From: a virus | Length of the DNA stretch: 38,364 nt | IMG/VR virus record: IMGVR_UViG_3300027826_000006 | Reading direction: 5' to 3' (one strand) | Notes under the pieces: generated by a model | Database searches by the model: none | What the model was told of the DNA's origin: nothing | The model's input: the letters and a program-made list of their open reading frames with translations, nothing else | Made by a program: the position numbers and the translations under genes | In this document: positions 33,645 through 38,364 of the stretch, in pieces | Numbering within the stretch: position 1 is the stretch's first letter | Layout: each line of letters opens with the position of its first letter

Positions 33645-33709
33645 CTCATGAAGTAGAGTGCGTGATTCGTAACCACGCGAACCGGATGCGAGCGCCGGTG
33701 CTGGCTCCA
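33635..33709 (+). tRNA. tRNA-Thr (CGT)-like, degenerate T-loop
   Basis: Acceptor GCCAGCA/TGCTGGC, D-stem GCTC/GAGT, loop TTCGTAA (C.A closing mismatch), 4-bp T-stem with 9-nt loop, U73, CCA; its 3' 15 nt match tRNA-Thr(GGT) in 13 of 15 positions. Confidence 0.45.
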
Positions 33710-33783
33710 GTCAGCGTAGCTCAGTGGCAGAGCAATGGTTCGGTAAACCATCGACTCGGTTTCGATTACCGACGCTGGCTCCA
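33710..33783 (+). tRNA. tRNA-Thr (GGT) with C33
   Basis: Acceptor GTCAGCG/CGCTGGC, D-stem GCTC/GAGC, anticodon stem ATGGT/ACCAT, loop TCGGTAA, T-arm TCGGT-TTCGATT-ACCGA, CCA. Confidence 0.7.
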
Positions 33784-33788
33784 TTTTG

Positions 33789-33865
33789 GCAGGCGTGGCT
33801 CAGTCAGCGACAGCACGTGCCTTGTAAGCACGCAATCGGGAGCGCACATCTCCCCGCCTGCTCCA
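33789..33865 (+). tRNA. tRNA-Thr (TGT) with non-canonical T-loop CGCACAT
   Basis: Acceptor GCAGGCG/CGCCTGC, anticodon stem CGTGC/GCACG, loop CTTGTAA, T-stem GGGAG/CTCCC, CCA. Confidence 0.65.
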
Positions 33866-33872
33866 GTTTTAT

Positions 33873-33947
33873 GGTGTCTATCGTTCAATAGTAGGACGGC
33901 GGATTGTGGCTCCGCCAACGTCGGGGCAGAACCGACTAGACACCCCA
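33873..33947 (+). tRNA. tRNA-His (GTG) with encoded G-1 and C73; non-canonical T-loop GGCAGAA
   Basis: G-1 at 33873 pairs with C73; acceptor GTGTCTA/TAGACAC, anticodon stem GCGGA/TCCGC, loop TTGTGGC, T-stem GTCGG/CCGAC, CCA. Confidence 0.75.
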
Positions 33948-33958
33948 AAAGTTTAAGC

Positions 33959-34336
33959 ATGGGGAAACTAGCGAAGCGCGACTATAACAGGAGACGGCGG
34001 GAAAGAAACAAGGCAGTTGCCGATAAATACGCTGGAGATTGTTGCCATTTCTGTTCATATGAAGCGCGGCTAGTTGTTCATCGCAAAGACGGGATGGAAC
34101 ATAAAAAGTTCCACCTAATGAGCGAACGTGAGTTTTTGGCCGAACTAAAAAGTGGCCAATATGTGAGAGTTTGTTTCCGTTGCCACAAGGCAGTCCATTG
34201 GTGCATGACGTATTTAAGACTGAACTGGAATCAGATAACGGAAATGTGGGCCGGTAGCATAACGGGAATGCGCTCGGTTTGCACCCGAGGAGATGGGGTT
34301 CGACTCCCCCCGTGTCCACCAGATTTGGCCGTTTAA
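33959..34336 (+). CDS. HNH endonuclease (CCHFC ... HRKDG ... N ... CFRCHKAVH)
   Basis: ATG at 33959 just after tRNA-His; HNH motif; the ORF reads through the tRNA-Ala-like element to a stop at 34334-34336. Confidence 0.5.
   Translation: MGKLAKRDYNRRRRERNKAVADKYAGDCCHFCSYEARLVVHRKDGMEHKKFHLMSEREFLAELKSGQYVRVCFRCHKAVHWCMTYLRLNWNQITEMWAGSITGMRSVCTRGDGVRLPPCPPDLAV
34248..34321 (+). tRNA. tRNA-Ala (TGC)-like with imperfect acceptor stem (possible pseudo-tRNA)
   Basis: D-arm GCAT-aacggga-ATGC, anticodon stem CTCGG/CCGAG, loop TTTGCAC, T-arm TGGGG-TTCGACT-CCCCC, CCA; the acceptor GGGCCGG vs CGTGTCC pairs at only 5 of 7. Confidence 0.4.
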
Positions 34337-34403
34337 CATTGATAGTCAATGTGCTCCCCTGAAGAGGGAGAAAATCTGGCGCAATACCAGAAGCGGCCAC
34401 CAT

Positions 34404-34479
34404 CGGAGCGTAGCCTAGTGGACGAGGCACTTGTTTCGGGAACAAGTTCACAGGAGTTCGATTCTCCTCGCTCCGACCA
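34404..34479 (+). tRNA. tRNA-Pro (CGG)
   Basis: Acceptor CGGAGCG/CGCTCCG, D-stem GCCT/AGGC, anticodon stem CTTGT/ACAAG, loop TTCGGGA, T-arm AGGAG-TTCGATT-CTCCT, CCA. Confidence 0.8.
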
Positions 34480-34485
34480 CTTTTT

Positions 34486-34559
34486 CGGGATGTAGCTGGA
34501 AGGTCTAGCCCGTGCCTTGGGCGCACGTGACGGGGGTTCGATTCCCCCTATCCCGACCA
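34486..34559 (+). tRNA. tRNA-Pro (TGG)
   Basis: Acceptor CGGGATG/TATCCCG, anticodon stem CGTGC/GCACG, loop CTTGGGC, T-arm GGGGG-TTCGATT-CCCCC, CCA. Confidence 0.8.
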
Positions 34560-34575
34560 TTTATAATGCGCGAAT

Positions 34576-35083
34576 GGTTATTCGCGTAACATTAAGCCAC
34601 AGCCAACTGCATTACGCATACCAGACTGGTCTGTATCGCCACATGCGATCACTGGAGAAGGGCCACAGGCCAGACTGGCAGGACGGAACTGAGGTTTGTA
34701 ACCACATGCACGGCGCGGCCTGTGAATGCGCGTGGCATAAATGGTTAGGCATCTTTTGGCACGCTCCTGTCGATGAGTTCAAGGCGCAAGACGCAGTGGG
34801 CGGCATCCAAATTAGATCATCGCCACAAAGAAAGCCATTCTGGAAAGTAAAACCAAGCGACCCCGACGACCAAACGGCTGTCTTTTTCGCATCAGGCGAA
34901 TTGACGCACTATATCGTCGGATACATACCCATCATCGAAGCCAAACGCTTTCCCTTGGTCGATCCGGGCGGCAGAAACGTGTACTGCCATCAGGTTAAAC
35001 GCGAACAAATGTACACCGACTTCGCCAGTTTGCGCGAAACCGTACTAGCCAAGCATAAAATGATGGAATCCGTGTCCATTTAA
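34576..35083 (+). CDS. hypothetical His/Cys-containing protein (169 aa)
   Basis: First ATG after tRNA-Pro, embedded in the inverted repeat CGCGAAT-ggtt-ATTCGCG; no clear SD. Confidence 0.4.
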
Positions 35084-35113
35084 TGGTAATCTGATCCTTG
35101 GAGGGAATTACAG

Positions 35114-35494
35114 ATGAGAACATTGCTGGTGCAGGGCGAGAAGGTATTCAAAATCGAAATCCCCGACGATGCCAAAGTGACGTTCGGCCCGTGGAGTCCG
35201 CCGAATAAAAACGGGCAGTACGGCGACTACAAGGCTGTCGGCACGCTGCGCATCTATCGCGGAACCAAAGACAACATCATTGCCTGCTTTTCTGGCGTGG
35301 GCGGCTTCCGCGATATCACCATGGGCTATATGGAACAGGTTGCCAAAGAAGAAGGCGCAACCATGTGGAAAAGCGATCAGAAGGGCTATGTGCGCGAGGA
35401 GAAAGTAGCCGTGGCCAATGAGTGGGTGAATCCGCAACTCCCGGCTGCACCAGCGCCGAAGCCCAGAAAGAAGACCAAGAAAAATGGTGATTGA
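35114..35494 (+). CDS. hypothetical protein (126 aa), Lys-rich C-terminus
   Basis: RBS GGAGGGAATTACAG-ATG. Confidence 0.5.
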   Translation: MRTLLVQGEKVFKIEIPDDAKVTFGPWSPPNKNGQYGDYKAVGTLRIYRGTKDNIIACFSGVGGFRDITMGYMEQVAKEEGATMWKSDQKGYVREEKVAVANEWVNPQLPAAPAPKPRKKTKKNGD

Positions 35495-35702
35495 AATCGT
35501 TTTGCGCTCCAACGGAATGGCGAATGCCGAACCGCCGACCAAGTTCACTATCAAGAATGTGGACACGGTTGAGTTCGATGTCGATCATCCCGACGTTCTG
35601 TGTGTCCACGATATGGACGGCTGTTCCGTCGCCGACTTCCGCGATTGGGCATACTGGCGCAAGGTCGGCGAAGATCACACCGGCGAGACAGAAATCTCTT
35701 GA
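35484..35702 (+). CDS. hypothetical acidic protein (72 aa)
   Basis: ORF overlapping the upstream stop. Confidence 0.4.
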   Translation: MVIEIVLRSNGMANAEPPTKFTIKNVDTVEFDVDHPDVLCVHDMDGCSVADFRDWAYWRKVGEDHTGETEIS

Positions 35703-35728
35703 CAGAGTTTCGCGCGTAGTGCTTTAAT
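35699..35728 (+). promoter_or_regulatory. sigma70-like promoter TTGACA-N18-TTTAAT ahead of the second tRNA block
   Basis: Consensus -35; A/T-rich -10 at the right spacing. Confidence 0.4.
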
Positions 35729-35734
35729 CAGAAT

Positions 35735-35812
35735 CGCGGGGATTGAGCTACGTTGCGCTCGGTGGTCTCATAAGCCATCCCGTATTTGGTTAAACTCCAA
35801 ACTCCGCAACCA
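35735..35812 (+). tRNA. initiator-like tRNA-fMet (CAT): C1.A72 mismatch; acceptor CGCGGGG/CTCCGCA-A-CCA matches the E. coli fMet pattern
   Basis: D-stem GAGC/GCTC, anticodon stem with G.U pairs, loop CTCATAA, T-arm TTTGG-TTAAACT-CCAAA (non-canonical loop), A73, CCA. Confidence 0.55.
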
Positions 35813-35988
35813 TTTGATTTTGGGGCCAGCCCGTCGCATTAGCGTAGTGGCGAGTGGAGGCGTTTAAGGCGTTAATCGCCTCCCGGCCCCAACAGAAAAA
35901 ATCCAATGACTATCCTACGATCATTGCGACTCTCGAACATCAGTCGATCCCGACTGAGCAGTTATTTATCCCCCTGTAAAAATTTAGT

Positions 35989-36065
35989 GCGGCGCTAGGC
36001 AAACTGGAAAAGCCGGTCGATTCAAAATCCACTGTTTTGGGGTTCGACTCCCCAGCGCCGTACCA
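35989..36065 (+). tRNA. tRNA-Leu (CAA) on a type-I body (5-nt variable loop)
   Basis: Acceptor GCGGCGC/GCGCCGT, 3-bp D-stem with 11-nt D-loop, anticodon stem GTCGA/TCCAC (one mismatch), loop TTCAAAA, T-arm TGGGG-TTCGACT-CCCCA, A73, CCA. Confidence 0.55.
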
Positions 36066-36079
36066 AATGTTTGCAGGTT

Positions 36080-36156
36080 GCCAGAATGCGCGAACTGGAA
36101 TAGCGGGCCGCCTTAAGAGCGGCTGTTTGTGGGTTCGACTCCCACTTCTGGCACCA
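36080..36156 (+). tRNA. tRNA-Leu (TAA) on a type-I body (5-nt variable loop)
   Basis: Acceptor GCCAGAA/TTCTGGC, 3-bp D-stem CGC/GCG with 11-nt D-loop, anticodon stem GCCGC/GCGGC, loop CTTAAGA, T-arm GTGGG-TTCGACT-CCCAC, A73, CCA. Confidence 0.65.
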
Positions 36157-36159
36157 AAC

Positions 36160-36250
36160 GGAAGCGTAGGGAAATTGGTTAACCCAGCAGTTCGCTAAAC
36201 TGCCAAGGCCCAAAAAGGCCGTCCGCGTTCGAGTCGCGGCGCTTCCGCCA
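36160..36250 (+). tRNA. tRNA-Ser (GCT), type II, with C33
   Basis: Acceptor GGAAGCG/CGCTTCC, anticodon stem GCAGT/ACTGC, loop TCGCTAA, 19-nt variable arm, T-arm CCGCG-TTCGAGT-CGCGG, G73, CCA. Confidence 0.75.
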
Positions 36251-36251
36251 C

Positions 36252-36339
36252 GGAGAGCACGGGGATATGGACTCCCGAACCCGTTTGAAGCGGGTCGCGC
36301 CTGAAAGGGCTGGCCGTTCGAGTCGGCTGCTCTCCTCCA
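36252..36339 (+). tRNA. tRNA-Ser (TGA), type II
   Basis: Acceptor GGAGAGC/GCTCTCC, anticodon stem ACCCG/CGGGT, loop TTTGAAG, 16-nt variable arm, T-arm GGCCG-TTCGAGT-CGGCT, CCA. Confidence 0.75.
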
Positions 36340-36351
36340 GTTTGGAAGTAC

Positions 36352-36437
36352 GGTGGAATGGCTGAACGGTAAAAGCACCTGCTTGGAAAGCAGGAGTTCC
36401 CGCAAGGGGCGCGTGCGTTCGACTCGCACTTCCACCG
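36352..36437 (+). tRNA. tRNA-Ser (GGA), type II (3' tail GCCC, CCA not encoded)
   Basis: Acceptor GGTGGAA/TTCCACC, anticodon stem CCTGC/GCAGG, loop TTGGAAA, 18-nt variable arm, T-arm GTGCG-TTCGACT-CGCAC, G73. Confidence 0.7.
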
Positions 36438-36439
36438 CC

Positions 36440-36531
36440 CGAGGAAAGCGCCGATGGTCGGCAACTACGCTCGAAACGTGGGCCTACGTCGCGAATGCGG
36501 CATGACGGTTCGATTCCGTTTTCCTCGCCCA
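36440..36531 (+). tRNA. tRNA-Ser (CGA), type II
   Basis: Acceptor CGAGGAA/TTCCTCG, anticodon stem CTACG/CGTGG, loop CTCGAAA, 22-nt variable arm, T-arm GACGG-TTCGATT-CCGTT, CCA. Confidence 0.7.
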
Positions 36532-36536
36532 GTTTT

Positions 36537-36624
36537 GCACGTTTGGCAGAGCGGCAATTGCGTCTGACTGTAGATCAGATGCCCCATAGGGGCTACGAGG
36601 GTTCGAGTCCTTCAGCGTGCACCA
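36537..36624 (+). tRNA. tRNA-Tyr (GTA), type II
   Basis: Acceptor GCACGTT/AGCGTGC, anticodon stem TCTGA/TCAGA, loop CTGTAGA, 16-nt variable arm GCCCC-ata-GGGGC, T-arm GAGGG-TTCGAGT-CCTTC, A73, CCA. Confidence 0.8.
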
Positions 36625-36629
36625 GTTGT

Positions 36630-36712
36630 GCCGGTATGGTGGAATTGGCAGACACACCTGTCTTAGGAACAGGCGCTTCGGCGTGGGGGTTCAAGTCCCT
36701 CTACCGGTACCA
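36630..36712 (+). tRNA. tRNA-Leu (TAG) with 11-nt variable arm
   Basis: Acceptor GCCGGTA/TACCGGT, 3-bp D-stem with 11-nt D-loop, anticodon stem CCTGT/ACAGG, loop CTTAGGA, T-arm GGGGG-TTCAAGT-CCCTC, A73, CCA. Confidence 0.75.
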
Positions 36713-36719
36713 AAATTAA

Positions 36720-36757
36720 AGGGCCACCTCTCCCCCGAGAGTGGCCCTTTCTTCTTC
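36720..36757. terminator. bidirectional rho-independent terminator
   Basis: AGGGCCAC-CTCTCCCCCGAGA-GTGGCCCT hairpin, T-rich on the plus side and (AAAATTAAA upstream) T-rich on the minus side; sits between convergent genes. Confidence 0.7.
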
Positions 36758-36768
36758 TCATTGTTTAT

Positions 36769-37020
36769 TTAGGCTGCCTGCTTTTCCTTGCGCAGCTTTG
36801 CCCATCGCGCCTTGTGCGCTTCACTCATCTTGCGCCGGGTGCTGGCGCTGAGATGGCGCTTGGGGGGCTTCTCGGGTACCAAGGTGATGGTCTCGGATTG
36901 GGGCGGCTTGCGCACGCCGGTTTCAACCAGATCGGACAACCCCAAAAGCAACTTGGCGTGGTCACGAATCACTTCTACCGCTTGTAGCACTTGCATTTCC
37001 ATTGAGTTCTCTCCTTGCAA
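36769..37020 (-). CDS. hypothetical basic protein (probable start at the internal ATG, MEMQVLQAV)
   Basis: Minus-strand ORF convergent with the tRNA block; Lys/Arg-rich C-terminus. Confidence 0.45.
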   Translation of the reverse strand: MQGENSMEMQVLQAVEVIRDHAKLLLGLSDLVETGVRKPPQSETITLVPEKPPKRHLSASTRRKMSEAHKARWAKLRKEKQAA

Positions 37021-37099
37021 GAATTATATACCGGCCAGACCTGAATTGTACCAATTTGATTCCTCCGCATTACTATCAGGTGAATCATGTATTTATTTC

Positions 37100-37128
37100 C
37101 TTGACATGGTGAGTCTTATTCTCTACTA
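37100..37128 (+). promoter_or_regulatory. sigma70-like promoter TTGACA-N17-TACTAT with AT-rich upstream element
   Basis: Consensus -35 at 37100..37105 and -10 at 37123..37128, about 65 nt before the ATG at 37195. Confidence 0.5.
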
Positions 37129-37194
37129 TCGCATCTATTGGTTTGAGAGATTTCCGAAAGACCTTTAGAAAAATCAACAGGAGAGATTGGACAC

Positions 37195-37629
37195 ATGAGC
37201 AAAAACATCAAGACGAATGAAATTCCGGGGCCGCCGTTTCAATGCCCCGAATGTACGCACAAACCGTTCAATGCGCGCCGTGCGCTGGGCCTTCACCGCT
37301 ACAAGTTCCATGGAATCGCAGGCACCTCGGCATCCACGATCTACGCGCGCACCCGCCTGACGAGCGCCCCGGCTGCAACGCATCACAAGAGCAAGAAGGC
37401 CGCGCCTGCAATGGGCCGCCCGCGCACCACGATCTTTACCTTCCTCCAGAATCCAGCCGAAACGGTTCTCAGTATTGAGTCCCGCATTGAATCCGTGGAG
37501 AACCAAATCCGCGCGCTGGAAAATGAACTGAAGACGTTGCGCAATTTCCGGTCGGCATTCGACAGTCTGACCGGGCACCAAGACAAGCCTGAAGTCGCTG
37601 TCGGCGAACTTGCCACATCGGCTGCATAA
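37195..37629 (+). CDS. C2H2-type zinc-finger protein with C-terminal coiled coil
   Basis: FQCPECTHKPFNARRALGLHRYKFH matches C-x2-C-x12-H-x4-H; RBS AGGAGAGATTGGACAC-ATG. Confidence 0.5.
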   Translation: MSKNIKTNEIPGPPFQCPECTHKPFNARRALGLHRYKFHGIAGTSASTIYARTRLTSAPAATHHKSKKAAPAMGRPRTTIFTFLQNPAETVLSIESRIESVENQIRALENELKTLRNFRSAFDSLTGHQDKPEVAVGELATSAA

Positions 37630-37681
37630 CGAAATGGCGCAGATCACCTGCGCCATTATTTCTTAACGGAGAGGAAAAGAA

Positions 37682-38131
37682 ATGGCTACAGCACTCGCGA
37701 TTGTCCAGAAGGTTTATCCCTTCGTGGACAAAGTTACCGACGCGACGGAAGCATTGCAGGTTGAAGTCACGCCGTCGCTCAATAAACTCGCCACCATCAA
37801 GAACCACAAAAAGTGTGCCATCGCGGTGGCATGCGAGAAGAAGTTCGCGCTGGATGGCGTGGTCATCGGGCTGCGCACCGCATATCTGGTGCGTGGAACC
37901 AAGGCTATTCGCTATCGCCTGCCGGAGAATGTGTCCCGCGAGATCATCTCGTTTGACCGCAAGGGCGGCTTCGAGCCGGGGCAATACACACTCAACGCTC
38001 CCGCAAAGAGTGAGCGCTTGGGCAGCATTCCGTACAACGGCCATAAGAGCCGTGGCGGGGGCAAGAAGCGGAAGGCTCCGCATGTAACCACCAATGTGCG
38101 GGCATCACTCAAAACCAAAGACGTAGCGTAA
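37682..38131 (+). CDS. hypothetical protein (149 aa), basic C-terminus
   Basis: RBS GGAGAGGAAAAGAA-ATG. Confidence 0.5.
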   Translation: MATALAIVQKVYPFVDKVTDATEALQVEVTPSLNKLATIKNHKKCAIAVACEKKFALDGVVIGLRTAYLVRGTKAIRYRLPENVSREIISFDRKGGFEPGQYTLNAPAKSERLGSIPYNGHKSRGGGKKRKAPHVTTNVRASLKTKDVA

Positions 38132-38181
38132 TCACATGCGGCGGCCCCGATGTCGCCGCATTGCTTTTCTGGAGGCGGGGC

Positions 38182-38364
38182 ATGGAAAGAGCACAATTCA
38201 AGCAGTACAAACAGGACATGCGCGCTTATCTGCGCACGGCCTACACTGATGAACGGCTGGCGATGTTGCTGGCCCATGCACAGTCTGGCCAGTTGTCATA
38301 CACCTCTTGTTGCTGCTTTATTGGTGTCGCAACAGCCAATCATGCTTTGCGCGGGCGGGGATTG
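38182..38364 (+). CDS. hypothetical protein, 3'-truncated by the window end
   Basis: RBS GGAGGCGGGGC-ATG; open to the window edge (MERAQFKQYKQDMRAYLRTAYT...). Confidence 0.4.
   Translation, partial: MERAQFKQYKQDMRAYLRTAYTDERLAMLLAHAQSGQLSYTSCCCFIGVATANHALRGRGL

Noticed and set aside
33700-33709. Possible att-site-style duplication of the tRNA 3' end (gctggctcca occurs twice, 74 nt apart)
   Set aside because: The upstream copy folds as the 3' end of an additional tRNA-Thr(CGT)-like gene, so this is tandem tRNA duplication rather than an integration scar.
33662-33958. N-terminal two-thirds of track ORF 33662..34336
   Set aside because: This part runs through tRNA-Thr GGT, Thr TGT and His. 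Only the portion from the ATG at 33959 (the HNH domain) is plausible coding sequence.
33936-34526. 196-aa minus-strand ORF, and minus-strand ORFs 36022..36435 and 36195..36464
   Set aside because: These are antisense to multiple tRNA genes. The peptides are Pro/Gly/Ser-rich, tRNA-complement style, and lack starts with an RBS.

Overview
This 38.4-kb window reads as tailed bacteriophage or prophage DNA of moderate-high GC: dense, mostly small genes with 4-nt start/stop overlaps, strong sigma70-like promoters, rho-independent terminators and HNH endonucleases. It falls into three parts. (i) 1..10177: a minus-strand operon of about 20 translationally coupled genes of unknown function, including a catalytic-domain-only tyrosine recombinase, which ends at a divergent promoter region (10178..10545). 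(ii) 10546..27856: a plus-strand block of many small ORFs. Recognisable products are an SLT lytic transglycosylase, an HD phosphohydrolase, a calcineurin-like metallophosphoesterase, a papain-like (C1) cysteine peptidase next to a small membrane protein and a lipoprotein, a vWA protein, RHH and XRE regulators, two paralogous genes, and a roughly 850-bp noncoding region with iteron-like repeats. (iii) 28040..36712: a very large tRNA island with about 36 tRNA or tRNA-like genes that I folded by hand. They are grouped by amino-acid family (Arg x4, Ser x4, Thr x3, Leu x3, Glu x2, Gln x2, Gly x2, Pro x2, Lys x2 and others). Interspersed are a SpoU/TrmH-family RNA 2'-O-methyltransferase, two HNH endonuclease genes that overlap tRNA genes, and several tiny ORFs. 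Several of the tRNAs are structurally aberrant: an Arg(ACG) anticodon on a long-variable-arm body, Leu(CAA) and Leu(TAA) anticodons on short-variable-arm bodies, C33 instead of U33 in four tRNAs, and loss of the D-loop GG and T-loop TTC motifs in several. I regard these as the most unusual signal in the window. All tRNA calls are manual folds and need tRNAscan-SE or ARAGORN confirmation; protein functions come from motif recognition only. No CRISPR array and no rRNA were seen.
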